A program made the position numbers and the translations under genes. From Octopus vulgaris (lineage: Eukaryota), in the NCBI GenBank assembly GCA_951406725.2, contig OX597814.1:21204001-21268000 (forward strand): a stretch of DNA of 64,000 bases, written 5' to 3'. Shown piece after piece: positions 34,897 through 48,600 of the stretch. Under the pieces are notes generated by a model, which saw nothing but the letters and a program-made list of their open reading frames with translations, did not search any database and was not told the DNA's origin. How positions within the stretch are numbered: position 1 is the first letter of the stretch; each line of letters opens with the position of its first letter.

Positions 34897-35281
34897 CTAG
34901 CAGTATCGCCCGGCGTTGCTCAGGTTTGTAAGGGAAATAACTATAAAGCATTTTTAGAGAGTTATAGCTAAAAAATAGCAAAAAAATGGAAAAAAATGAT
35001 GGTAAATTTTTTTTTGAGATTAAAAAAAGGTGGAGTTGCGTCCCCTAGACAGTTTGTGGTTCCTGTTTCTGATTCTCGACCCCATGTCGAATTTATCGAT
35101 TTTTTTCAGAACTGGGGAAACTTTTCAAAATTTTCGCTGCGTTAGTTTTGAATTATGACATTGGGCTATGTGTGTGTCAAGTTTCATCAGAATCGGTTGA
35201 AAGCCGTGGTCAGGGTGAGGGTACAAGCAAACAGACACACAGAAACACGCACAGACAAACTGCCGTTTATATAGAGAGAGA
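34897..35281 (-). mobile_element. Non-autonomous Helitron
   Basis: On the minus strand: 5' TC start, subterminal GC hairpin (cctgagcaacgccggg) ~8 nt before the terminal CTAG, inserted between A and T with no TSD. Confidence 0.8.
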
Positions 35282-36185
35282 TTTAACAGAATTTATAGAA
35301 TTAATACCGAGCCATTTACAAAGCGACACCATCTGCGTGAAAAACAGTAGTTATGTTAAATCTCGAAGTAATTCCAGTTTTCTAAGTTACCCTGTGTACA
35401 TTTTCGTACATTTATTTATAATTCTTCTACTACTATTTTATCAATTGCAATAGAGTTCATAATTGCTGATGAGGTCATAATAACACCGAAACCACCCCAT
35501 CGCTTCCAGAAAAATAATTATATTAATCAAAGGCCGATATAGTTTATTTTTCCTTAACGCATTATTATTCATCGTTAGCTTCTTGATTATCTTTGCATTA
35601 AATAAGCTACCACAGAATATCTAATTGCTAAAGAACATACTAATCTTGTCATGCTAAATGACCTGCCTTGATTTGATTAACCTATTTACAACGGACGAAG
35701 TATTGTCAGTTGTCAGAATTAGAGAAAAACAGGCCAAATACACCATCAACGGGTAAACATACCAACTAATAAAATAAGGACATGTTGTATGTGCAGCATG
35801 TCCTCGGTGTCATCAGTTGGTATCTTCGTGTTATGCAACGTTTTTATGCGACATGATTCATAAGTACTGTTGACTTCGAGATCAAGAAGTAAATTCACCC
35901 AAAAGGGAAAAAGGTTATTTATCTATCCACCATTATCAGTACAAATGGATAGCATTTGTATGGAATATTTCGAAGACTTAAGATAGTACAGTACTGAAAC
36001 CGGAACGTATATTCATATCTTTGTATAATGTTTTAGGCCCTGCTTTACATATCATAGTGAAAGCATGGTAAATGTTACCAAATCACACCCGTGGTCGTAT
36101 TTTGTTTTACGTATTAATGATATTAAAGTTTCTATATAACCATGAGGTGTTGTGCCTATGATATCATTATAGCAATTTAGAACGC

Positions 36186-36440
36186 AGGAGGGCGAGCTGG
36201 CAGAATCATTAGCACGCCGGGCGAAATGCCTAACGGTATTTCGTCTGCCGCTACGTTCTGAGTTCAAATTCCGCCGAGGTCGACTTTGCTTTCATCCTTT
36301 CGGGGTCGATTAAATAAGTACCAGTTACGCATTGGGGTCGATATAATCGACTTAATCCCTTTGTCTGTCCTTGTTTGTTCACTCTATGTTTAGCCCCTTG
36401 CGGGTAGTAAAGAAATAGGTATTTCGTTTGCCGCTACGTT
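36186..36440 (+). mobile_element. tRNA-derived SINE (family A)
   Basis: ggcgagctggcagaatcattagc..ctgagttcaaattcc; matches 4678-4910 and 54394-54657. Confidence 0.85.
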
Positions 36441-36569
36441 ATTCTACCGTTACATATTCAGAGAAACAACTTAAGGTTACTAGCAAAATTTAAATATAAA
36501 AGCACCCATCATTGGTCAGTTGTGAAGGTGTATTGCTCGTACACGATATTGCATGACCACATATTGATC

Positions 36570-36800
36570 AAGTCACTTCGTCTCATTCCTCTTTACTCCC
36601 CTGGCTTTGCTCCATTTAACTATCTTTTCAGATCATTGCAGTAATTATTTACAAGGAAAACAGCTTATTACTTTTAGAAAGATTTTGAATGTTTCTTCAT
36701 ATCAAAATCTGAAGAATTTTACGCCCGAGGAATTGACAATTTGCTAGATAAATGGGATTATGTTATGAAAGACGGAGAAATATTATCTTGATTAGGTATA
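36570..36800 (+). pseudogene. Mariner transposase C-terminal remnant
   Basis: Degenerate YSP(G)FAP.(N)YLFRSLQ, resembling YSPDLAPSDYHLFRSLQ, and EFYARGIDNLLDKWDYV. Confidence 0.7.
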
Positions 36801-39800
36801 TCAATTAAGATCAAAGAAGCATTTGTTTCTTTCCCACCATGAAATGCAACCTGACATATGAAGGAAATAATTATTTACCAAAGTTAAAAGTACACAAACT
36901 TTGACACGTTTTTGTTTATTGCCAGCTAGCTCCGAATGAACGACCCATGATTAAATGAAATAGTTGTAGCCAATTTAGTGAAGGAATGCAAACATCTCAT
37001 GTATTAGCAACGTTTTCCAAAATAACATTAATAATTTGAACAGCAACACGAGAAAATAATTTTTAAAATAAAAACATAAGTGTAGACGCATGAGAAAACA
37101 ACAACAGTAACAGACAATAATAACACTGTCAACAAAAGTGGAGGCCCTAACAGCAATAAAAATGATATGTGATGAAAAACCTTCATTGTACCAGCCAGTA
37201 ACTTTACGCACACAAACTTAACATGATGGCGGAAATAATAGCGAAGAAACACAATCATCTGTCATGTGGAAGGCAGAAATCCAACCCCAAAAGGAAATAT
37301 GTTAGGAGGTGGAGTGGAGAACTAAATAATATTTTATAATTAAGTAAAAATAAGTAGAACAACAGCAATGACCCATTTTCAAGGATTCAACGATTGAAGG
37401 AAGAAACAAAAAAAAAGGAGATGAAGGCCGGGGAGCTAAATCCTTGCAACAAAGTGGATATCCCTTAAATTATTGAAGCACCAAGTATTGGTATAAAACT
37501 AAATGAGGAACTTAAATCTACCACCTAAGTCAGGAATTGTCCCTCTAATGGAATTCTATATTGTGGACGTGCACTAAACTAAATTACACACTTTTGATCA
37601 ATCCGAAGCTTAAGTAGAAGACACTCGTCCAAGATATTGCGCAGTGGGATTGAACCTGAAATTTCATGGTTACAAAGTAAGCATCTTAACCACACAGCTA
37701 TACCTGCCCCTATTCATATGCATTTCCACTAAACAAAGCGTCCAGGAAATACGCATTGAAAAGACGTCTAAGGTATCAGTGAAACTGTCTGACCACACTT
37801 AAACCATGTGATATGGAACTTTCCTTTGAATTAGTTATTTTGTTCCATCATTAGCAACAGTAGACGGGAAATCCACTGTAAAATATGTAACAGAGTTCAC
37901 AGCGTAGCTTCTCTACAAAAGTAAATGATTTCTGAAGGTGTAAGCAATATTAGCACCAGAAGTATACAGGGCCATTCCTAATAATCTCCTGATAAAATAC
38001 TCTCGAGCGAACAATCTGAGACATGTGATGTGAAGAAGGAAAGGTTCGATATTCTTATATAGAGATGAAATATATTTAAAAGCTCCCTGTCCTAAAGATC
38101 CAACAACAATAACTAACATAATCTGAAATACTTTGAGACAAACAGCCGGAATAAGAACATCTACAAAAGTAACAAGAACAACATGAAAATGTAGACTATT
38201 GTTGTTACTTCATAGCCGTCAGTTAGTCGCAATAAATTCACGAATAAATTCACGATCGGCAGTGGCAGTGAATAAAGGGAACCTTTGTCGGCATCGACAT
38301 AAAATTTGTAGAAGTACTATTAACTTTATTCGATGCTTCATTTGTAACACAATTTCGGCGAAAGACCCGACCTTAAAGATAGAAACGAAATCATACAATA
38401 AGATGGTCTACATACAACTCAGAATGACATGCCGGTTAACAGGGATGAATCTAAAAAAGATGTGACGAACTTCAGAAACAGGAAGTTGCGAAAAATGTCA
38501 CTGGGCTGCAACAATTGTAGGGAGCATTTTCTTGGGATAGTATTTGAGGCTTTTGTAGATGTTTTTATTTCAACAATTTGTGTCAGTTTTGAAGTGCATA
38601 TAGTTGCGTGCTTTCTATAATTGTTATTTTTTTAAATTCTCTAACTTCGTGCAGCAAAATCACAACAGAAAGTAACAAAATGGCTCGTGCAGTCTGTTAC
38701 AGTTATTCAAAAGAGCAACGTAAAGCTGATGGCTGATATATAAAAATGTTCGCTTAAAGCATTGTGTTGAAGTGGGGAAAATCATGTTGTATTTATAAAT
38801 AAATAGTTCTAGACGTTCTTTCTCTGAAGATATGGAAGAGTTGCTCACAAGTGATGGCCTTCGTGAAGATCACAAGAATTTACTGAAGGCTTCTGAAATC
38901 AAAGAGACTTACCGCGTACATATTCGATTATGATATTGTAACTATTAGTAAACATAGGTCTTTTTCGGTCGGCACATATTTGGATCCACCTTCTTAATTC
39001 GGAATTTACACTTTATTCGGTCTGCGGAGAAACAAATGGATTGACTATTATAAATAATAAACAATGTCGACTTTGCCTTTCATCGTTTCGGGGTCGATAA
39101 ATTATGTACCAGTTGCGATGTAATCGACTGGCCCTCTCCCGCAAAAGTTCTGGCCTTATGTCTAGAGTAGAAAACAATATTACTACTGTAAATACATGAA
39201 TTTCTCCCAAAGAGTAGAAACGTTTATTTTTCAGAACAATATACCGAAATTTGTTGGTGCAACATTGAAGTACTACATGCATTTCACCTTTCAAAAACAA
39301 CATTCTTTCAGCAAATTCTCGAGTTGAATTAGTAATAGAAAAGTGAAAGCAACCAAAAATTAAAACCGTATCCAAGAATTCTGATAGCCAATCATACACA
39401 GTTGCAAAAAGTGTTTCATTAAATAACATCTTTTTTAAAGTACGCATAATGAAGGAGGATTTCTATACCAGTATTGAACATTATAAATGCAACTAAAGCA
39501 GATAGAATAGCTTTAGAAATATAATGATATTTATAGTTCCATTTATACGGAGAAATATGTTTGGCAGTTGTCTAGCAAGAAAACGAGAAATTTTGGAATC
39601 ATTGAAAGACAGAGATTGTAAATAGATCACAGCATGCTACAGAAATTATTTTGTTTCCATTTCTATTAAATCAGGAACTATAAATGAAGGAAGATAATTT
39701 TTTCTTTATTTTGTCACTTGGCATTGTTTCCAAATATGCCTACAACGATTTTTACAAGGAAGATTACCATATCTTTTTCGTTCAGATTAAATAGGAATTA

Positions 39801-40122
39801 TTACCCAGAAGCAAGACGTCGAAAAAAATTCAATCCACAGATCAAGCAATAAGAAAATAAAATTTTCTTTCGAAAACGTAAAAGTTCAGCAATGAGAAAT
39901 AAAATTTTTGAGAGAACAAAATTTTGTGTAAATGTAAGCGAGTACACACATCACACGCACTTGCGTGACCACGCGTGCAGACTCACATATACTCGAACGC
40001 TAATCTCATGGGTTATTGTCTATAGAGAAAGAGAAAAGTTTAATACTTAGTACATAAACACATAAACCCACTCGTGTGTGTGTATGTATACATACATACA
40101 TACATATATATATAAATATATA

Positions 40123-40157
<35 letters not shown>

Positions 40158-40168
40158 AAATGTATATA

Positions 40169-40204
<36 letters not shown>

Positions 40205-40384
40205 AATGTATATATGTATGTATGTAAGTATGTATGTATGTATGTATATATTAACGTGAATGTCGAATGACGAGAATGAGTGTTCAACACTTCATTGGTG
40301 GATAAAATTTCTTTGTGCATAGGACCACCATTGATTTCAAATGGTGTCCATCTCCAAAATGGACTTAATTGCCAAAGCTACACG

Positions 40385-40930
40385 CCTGGTACTAGAAGAG
40401 AACGCTTTTAGATTCGATGATAAAATATATCGACAGATAAAAGACACTGTTCAGGAGGCGAGGTTTGCACCCTAGTATGCTAACCTAGTCATGAGGTTCC
40501 TAGAAAATAAGCTTTACGATGAAGTAGAGAAAGCTTTTAATGATAATTGCAAGAAATACGTCATTGGAGAATGGAAGCGCTACCTCGATGAATGCCTCAT
40601 TTTTTTGGACAGGTCAAATGAAGATCTCCAAATATTTAATAACATCCTCAACATACCTCACTCATTTATCAAATTCACGACAGAAACTAGTTATAATGAA
40701 TTACCATTCTTGGATATTCACATAAAAATACATGACTCCACAGTTACAACCGAGATATTTTATAAAAAAAAAAAAACCGGATACGCACCAGTATTTGAAT
40801 TTCTACTCTTCTATCCCTCACACATCAAAAGGAACATCCCATACAGTATGGCAAGACGTATCTGTACAATACTAATTGACCCCCAAATACATCAAATCCG
40901 AATTAATGAGCTCAAAGGAACTACACAAGA
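40385..40930 (+). pseudogene. Penelope-like element reverse transcriptase fragment
   Basis: NAFRFDDKIYRQIK..FAP*YANLVM, WKRYLDE, IKFTTE, LPFLDI, TEIFYK and HIKRNIPYSMARRI. Confidence 0.85.
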
Positions 40931-41679
40931 GGAACTACACAAGATTCCACTGAGTAAACATATAGACATATGTGGATAAGGAAAATTCAAAATCTTCCCC
41001 TTCTAGAAATGTTGAAGGGATGACCATTTTATAAAAAAACAATTCTCACCAAAACAATACGTTCGAAAGAAAAGCAACGATAATATGCATGAACACTCTT
41101 TCAAATGGAGGAATTTATGGACAACACAGTTTTCTTACACAGCCGCTGTACCCAGCTAACTTTCATGGAAAATACGACTGGGGAGAAATAATGCGAGTAC
41201 TTGAATACTCCAGTGTTACCCTCTCCAAACAAATCGTTTTAAATCAATCAACATTGGAGCGAATGTATATTTTCATTGAACTTCGAACTCTAGATTTATT
41301 TGATACTTTATAATTGTGAATATACTTACTTAAGAATCATTTTTCAATCACAAAGAAACGTTTATATCTACAAACATTTTAATATGTATATGATAAGGGA
41401 AGGGGGGAGGGGGAGACTTTCAAAATCAATGATTGAATAAAGAATAACATTTTGAATTGAAATTGAATTTCAAAGAGTTGACCACATCGATACAAATTAT
41501 AAACTGAAAAGAAGCTTCTTTCTCTCTGTCTTTCCCTTTCATTTTTCTTCTTTCTCTTTGCTCTTTTCTTTTTCTTCCTACAAGTGACATCTTGAAAGGT
41601 CATTTAACATCAGCATACTTTCTTCTACTCTCTCCTCCTTTCCTCCGTTTTTCAATTTCTCCTCTTCTAAACAAAAAAC

Positions 41680-41717
<38 letters not shown>

Positions 41718-41721
41718 TACA

Positions 41722-41803
41722 TGGCTGACGAGTACGAGCCATCTGTATTCACTGCATTTTTTGTAGCTTATTAAAGATGTCCTCGTACGAAACGATCGTA
41801 CCG
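41722..41803 (+). ncRNA. Type I hammerhead ribozyme with extended stem II
   Basis: tgg CTGACGA gtacgag..catct[loop]agatg..ctcgtac GAAAC gatc GTA ccg; perfect 7-bp stem II base and palindromic stem III. Confidence 0.8.
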
Positions 41804-41914
41804 AGATTTTAATCCATTCTTGTTGCTTTTTTCCTATATATATATATATATCAATTTTCGATACTAATGTTTATATTTACAAACATGTTAATATGTATAT
41901 AATCCTTTTTACTA

Positions 41915-42110
41915 TAGGCACAAAGCCTGGGATTTAGGAGAGGGGGACAGTCGATTATATTGACCTCAGTGCATAACTGGTACTTCTTTTATCGATCCCG
42001 AAAGGGTGAAAGGCAATGTCGACCTCGGAGGAATTTGAACTCAGAACGTAGCGGTAGACGAAATACTGCTAAGCATTTTGTCCGGTGGGCTGACTATTCT
42101 GCCAGCTCGA
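41915..42110 (-). mobile_element. tRNA-derived SINE (family A)
   Basis: ggaatttgaactcagaacgtagcgg..attctgccagctcg. Confidence 0.75.
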
Positions 42111-42159
42111 TTTCTTTCATTTAGGTATATGGCCTATATAAATAGTTGACACCACAAGG

Positions 42160-42760
42160 ACAGACGTTTGTCACAGTAAGTAGGTAGTAGTGCCCACTCC
42201 ACTGATATCAAGGCTACAGTGGAGTACTTCTTTGCTTCACTTTCGCTTACGAAGCGCACCTCCACGGAGCCCAACTTCCGTCCTCTGGTGTAGAATGTAG
42301 TCGATTCTTTCACCTCTTTCAAACATTCCTCTACCGCTTCTACGGCTGCTATCTCTACTTTCTTTGAAGCTATGTTTAGCGTTCTTTAGATGATAGTTCT
42401 CTTTCCCGTATTCTCAATAACTTCCTTGGGAGGCATCAGTCTGAGACTGTCTCCCTCCTTTCTCAACAAGGTGTTGTATTTCTTGAAATCCTTGTCTTGG
42501 ACTTCTATTTCACGGACCTGCAGTAGCTCCGCTGACAGGCTTTTGCCAGTCACCGCAGCATAACTGCCTGTTTGCACTTGTCTAATCTCCATAATAATGT
42601 TCTTCACAACTTCGCCCATAAATGGGGAAGACAAATAAAAATTCAAACAAATTCAAGTAATAACAATAATTCAGGAAATAACAGGTTTACAATAACAGGT
42701 TTTTCTTTATTTAAGCACTCAGAGGACAGCACAAGGACAGACAGGACACTACGGTGGGGA
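42160..42760 (-). pseudogene. Tx1/L1-like ORF1 remnant
   Basis: SYAAVTG..YNTLLRKEGDSLRLMPP and GSVEVRF..LLPTYCDKR align with ORF1 at 49756-50522. Confidence 0.75.
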
Positions 42761-42899
42761 CAAAAACATAAAACGAATGAAAATGAAAAAAAAACGTATA
42801 ATTAAATCGATGATAATGAAATGGCTGCATTGAGCCCCACTTCTCAAGCAGTACCATTTAACTGTTAATGTATACAAGTTATGAAAGTTTATTTTTCTT

Positions 42900-43980
42900 T
42901 TCGCGTCTTTTTCCTCGGTTCTGTTTTTTAAAAAGTCTATTTCCTCTTTTTTCTTTCTTTTTCTCCTTTGTTAATAAGTCTATTTCTTTTTTCGTTCCTC
43001 TTTCAAAGTACTCCTTTATTACCATTTATTAGATGTATTAACTCCTCATATGTAACTACTTTTGGTAGTTCCTCAAATTCAATTTCTTCCCTCAAAGGGT
43101 TCATTTCATCTACAAATAGTCCTTTCAACTTTTTATACCTTTCCTTGTCAATCGCCACTCCCTTTATGTGTTCCGGGTAACGTTCAGCTGGTAATTTAAA
43201 TTCTTATGGCACCTTTGAATTTCATTATTTCCCGCTCTATGGCGGTACTTTTCACATGTGTTACTACATACCATTTTTTTTTATTAGTATTTACTTGTTT
43301 ACGCTCCAGACCTGGACTGTTCAGGCTATTCGTTTTCCGTGGTTCCTCCATTTGTACATTCCCACAATCGTCCACGATTATATCTTCCACTCTATGTTGC
43401 AATACTTCTGCTGGTATATCTGACTAATTCCTCTGTACCTCCTCCATTTCCTCCTCTACTTCCTTCTTTCGTTTTTGGTTCTCTGTCGGAAAGCTCATCC
43501 GCTCTTTTCTCTTTCGCTTTTTAACATTAAACGTCTCCTCTTTATTTCTTTTATTTCCGACTGCTCTTCAGTGGGCTGCTCTTCGTGCTGTTCTACTTCA
43601 CTTTCCTGCTGAGGGCACTTTGCTTTCATAAGATCTTTTTGTTTACGTAGAAAACATGTTGGAGGTCTTCCTCCACACCCACCATATCCTTGCTACATTC
43701 TTTATCACTTCTTTTGGTCAGCTTTAATCTGGCCCCTTCCTTTTGTAACAATTTGTTTCCTTTTTCCTATTCCTCTATTTTTATCTCGCGAACTTCAAGG
43801 GTGTTGGTCGTAGTACCTTGTGTAGTTGCGACACGTTCCATTTCACTCTTTTCACACTTCACCCATAATGAGGAAGCAACAATTTTCAAAAGCAGGCAGA
43901 ACGCAGCAATGAAAATTCAACAATTCAACAATTTAAACAATTCAACGAATCTTGGTTCTCCCGCGCGGGAAGACCTACCA
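42900..43980 (-). pseudogene. Second Tx1/L1-like ORF1 remnant, apparently internally deleted
   Basis: EVREIKIE..KLLQKEG is followed closely by GRPPTCFL..KC (degenerate knuckle) and an E/K-rich tail. Confidence 0.55.
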
Positions 43981-45682
43981 CAAACATAAAATGAAAGTGT
44001 GTAACAGTAACAGTGTGTAACAATTGAACTTACGTCAAAGAAACTACTACCAATACCCTTCCATAGTGAAGTAGATAGTCCACAGTTCAGTTGGTAAAGA
44101 CTTCAGTTATCCATCGAGGTTTACAATAACAGGACTCACATGGAGCGTACACACTTTCTACTCAAAAATAGACGTTTCTGCCAGCTCGCCGCCTTGTCAA
44201 TATGTATATAATGAGGAATAGTATTGCCCAAATAAATATTTGGATACAGTTATCTGGAATAGCCTTTCGCAGAATTAACATGTTCACACAGAACGTGATC
44301 AGTATTTCAGATTGTCTATTCGCACAACCATGATAAGAAATCCAAGTTGAGCAAGATTTTAAAACGCACAAGGGTGTGACGATTGTTAAAAGAGAAGAAT
44401 AGTAGTCTTAAAAACGTGTAATGCTATTTTTTCTTAGAAAAGAACTCAAATAGAGGGAATTCTTCCATTGTGAAATTTAGCGTTGCAAATTATGCTTTAT
44501 CAGACATATTTCAGAAGCTTAAAATGAACATAAAGTTTCTGCAATGGAAGAATGTAAGCAATTTCACTCTGAAGGTAGATCGAAGCATTTCTTAACAAAA
44601 CACTTTTATGGAAACAGTACAAAATGACGATCATAATCGAGTATTCGGTGGTATAGAAAAATATTTCCGCAAATAATTTCTGCCAGACATGGTCATTTGC
44701 AAATTGGATCGCGACCAAAATTAATTCTTTGTTGTAAAGGAATAGATAAAAAAAATTACTTTGAAGTTTCAAGAATTTACTAAGCTATTTATTTGAGTGG
44801 AATCTAAATTTTTACAAGAAATGAACTTATTTTTTTCTATGAATGTGGAATCATAATTTCCAATACTAGATGAATTTTCAATGGTAGCACTTCTTTTCTC
44901 TTCCCTGTATCTATGTGAATCTGTATTTTAAGCTTCCACGGTAGAAAGCAAAAACAAAATCCTGTATACCTTTAAGAACGTAGAATTTCCTAATGAACAT
45001 TACTGACAATTTGTCATCTCTTATGTGCATGAGTTATGTATTGTACTGAAACAATCTTATTTACTCTTAATAAAGTTTTGTCTACTTTGTTTTTTTATAT
45101 TCCGAGCTTTAGTTTATCATTTATATTTTGTTTAGAAGAACTGCTTATACGTTGTGTTCTATAGTTTCTTATTTATGATAACGAAAGTATTATTAAATCT
45201 CAGAACGAGATGTAAACAGTAATCGCTCGACAATGTAAAGTATGAAAGCCATCTCAATATGGCTAACCACAAAGGGGGGTGTTACTGTAGGTTTTTAGCC
45301 CCAGGAGATCATCGTCTCCAGCTGGCTTCAGATACACTTTCTGTGCTCTTCAGGTATTTGCAAAGGGAGGCCATCCCTTTCTCGTAAGATTATTGTCTCT
45401 TATCAACGGGTGGTAACCACCAGATCACGATTAATTCTTTATTACGATTATAAAATCAGTACATAGAAGAACAATACAGGACATACATACAAAAAACAGT
45501 TAAGTGGTTCGTTTAAAAATTTCCAAAATATATGGATTATTCATTATACAAAAAACTGTATTTAAATTGTCCTTTGCATTGACTAATATAACATTACATT
45601 AGATTGAAATTTTACCGATATATTTTAAACCCCGGCAACCTATAAGGCCCCGCAGCTTCCCTTTCCTCTTCTCCATCCTTGT

Positions 45683-48600
45683 TTAAACTGGGTTTCTGAC
45701 ACCCACCTTTTTCACCACTTCCTTCCATCTTTTTTCATACACACTTCGTGGTAAGGTCTTCTTTTCCAGCTCCATTTTGCTCTTCAGATGATATCTGAAG
45801 TAAGTGAGCAAGCCGGGGCCTGAGACAAAGGACCCTATTGCGACTCCTTCCATTCTTGTACGCCACATGCATTCTTTTACTACTGCAACCGTGCAGTGAA
45901 AACATGCCTCACCTTCCTTCGAGAGTCCAGTTGGCGGTATCATCTTAATCATAGACTCAGCCGACAGCTGTACTCGTCCCAGATGCGATAACACGTGTTC
46001 TGCGTAACTTATCAAGTCTGACAACTGCCGACAGTGTACAAAAGCGTGCTGGACGGTTTCATCGTCCAACCCGCATCTTGGACATGTCGGTGGCACTGAA
46101 ATTCCGTGCTGCGATAACTTCTCGCGAACAGGTAAAGCATTCCTATAACACTGCCAGGCGAGGGATCTTTGGAAATTATCCAAATACCCCGTCCTGAAAG
46201 TCTTTTTAAACAGGTTGGTAAGCTGGTCCACTTCGAACCCCAGAGCCCCTCCTAGGACGTCGTCGTTCTTTGCCTCTACCAGCCTGCTATAAAATACCGA
46301 GGTGGTATTTCCGCAGCCGGCCTTGCCCGCCTTGTGGATCAGCGTGTGTGCCTGTCGGCACTCCTTTTGCCATAAAGTCAGATTCCGTCTTTTGATGCAA
46401 CCGGGTTTAAAATTCACTAAGGAAGCCGGTCTCGGGAAAAATTCCCCTGCCAGCGGACTCCACACCTTATCACCCTCCAGGTGGTGCCAGAGATGCTTCA
46501 GTCTCAACGCATGTCTGCGCATCATCAACCAAGGCATTCCTAACCCACCCTTTAACGGTTCCTGGCAGCAAACGGAGCGCCTCACAAGTGGCATTCCTCC
46601 CTTCCACAAAAAGCGGAAAAGGATTCGCTCCAACTTGCTAAGCCATGAATCGGGGCAAGGGACAACGGTCAGGCGGTAAGTGATTACAGATGCAATAAAC
46701 ATCTGTACCACCTCCGCCCTTCCTTTCAAGGACAGAAACCTTCCGGACCAGGTCCGTACTATGGCCTCCACCTTGCCCGTCACCTCACTCCAATTCCTCT
46801 CCGTTTGGGAGTCTGGCCCAAACCAAACTCCTAGCAACTTAACAGGACCATCTGTCCAGTGTCCCACGGCACTGGACGATATCGACTTGCTTCTCCAGGT
46901 GCCGAGGCGTAAGCCAATCGACTTGTCCTTGTTAACCTTTGCTCCTGCCACCCCCTCGTATCCTCTGATAGCATCTTCTACACAAGGTAGCTGAGCCTCA
47001 TTGGACACGATGATGGTGACGTCATCGGCATAAGCAGAAACCGTCCTCCTGCCTCCGATCTCATCCGGGTTACTTCCCAGCCTCTCCAACTTTCGCAGCA
47101 ATGGCTCGAGAGCCAACACGTACAAAATTGGTGACAAGGGGCAACCTTGACGAACTGAACATTCGATCGAAAACGGTTCCGTTAGGTAACCGTTTATCTG
47201 GACGGTGGACTTGATGCCGCTATACATTGCGGAGATCCACCCGCGAAATTCAGGGCCCAGTCCAGCCGCTTCGAGGACCGTCGCCAGGTACTTATGGTCT
47301 ACCCTATCGAACGCTTTACTTTGGTCTAGATGGACCATTACCCCACCCTTGCCGGTTAATTTACCCACCCTATCTAAGGTGTAGCGTATAAGGTGAAGAT
47401 TGTCCTGGATCGACCTACCTGGAATTGCACATGTCTGTGCTTTCTCTACAAGTTTCTCAACGACAGTCGTCAACCTTTTTGCCAACACCTTGGCCAAAAT
47501 CTTTAACTCTACATTAAGTAGAGTTATGGGCCTGTAATTACTAATGTTATACCCCTTGCTCGGGTCTTTCTGGATTAGCGTCACCACTCCCCGGCTTACA
47601 GAACTGGGAATTCTCCCGTTCTGCTGCCAGTTCGCGTAGACGCCTGCCAGTATTCCCCCGAACAAGTCCGGCATACTTTGAGAAAACTCGTAGGACAGAC
47701 CATCCAGCCTCGGCGACTTCTCCCCGGCGCATCCGGCCAGTACCCCCTCTATCTCCGCGGGAGTGATCGCTCCTTCACAGCACTCCACCTCACGCCCCGA
47801 GAGCCGCGGTCCGCCGGCTAGGAAGTCCTTTAAGGCCCTCCCCCGCTCCAGCGACCCCCCCCCCCGAACGCGCGGGCGAAATGCTGGTGAAGAAACTTTT
47901 GCATCTCCTCCTGTCCATAGATCTTGTGTCCCTCTTCGTCAGTTAAAGACTTGATTGAAGCTTTGTTGCCTCTCTAACTCTCCACTCGACGGGCCCATCC
48001 GGTAACGTTAATACCTTCTCGTTTCCCTGCGCGTAGCTTAGCTCTAACTCTGCAACGTTCGTGTTTGGAGTTAAGGTGACGGTACAATACCGTCCTTGCC
48101 GCCATCACTCCGGATGCAGAGCCAGATTCCATTGCCTCGTTTAGATTCTTAACTAAATCGTCCTCTATCCTAGACCTATCTAACCTTAGCTGATTGCTAA
48201 ATCTAATGGACTCTGAACGAATGGCTCTTTTGAGGGAGTGCCACCATCTATTGTTAATGATGGTGCCACATAATGCCCTTAATCCGGGTACGGAAGTCTT
48301 CACAATTCAAAATAGACTGTTCAGCTTCCAGTACCCGGGTCCCTGTCTATGACACTTATCTAATTGCACCCTACAAGTCACAAATTTGTGATCCGTGTAA
48401 GGCACAATGTGAAACTGTGGACAACTAAACGTATCCTTATCTCTTTTCCTAACGAATATCCTATATATATACGATCTGCGTGAGCCGGCGTTGTTACTCC
48501 ACGTCCACTGTGGAACGCTCGGCTCATCCAGTCGATAACGGTCTACCAGATTAAAGCTCTCTAGTAGACCCTTGAGGCTAGGGTTCCCCTTCCTATTGGT

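Noticed and set aside
35466-35492. CTGATGA-ggt..acc-GAAAC hammerhead-like core
   Set aside because: No convincing stem I, stem III or cleavage triplet; at best a decayed remnant.
36186-36275. tRNA genes at SINE heads
   Set aside because: Only A/B boxes without a full cloverleaf; they continue into SINE bodies.
37900-39700. Faint Tc1/mariner-like motifs on the minus strand
   Set aside because: Too degenerate to support without a search.
45320-45400. Hammerhead-like (minus CTGAAGAgcac..) and HDV-like (cttcctcgtaag) motifs in the 323-bp monomer
   Set aside because: The hammerhead core is not conserved among the three copies and lacks a correctly placed GAAA; the HDV P1/P1.1 partners are absent.
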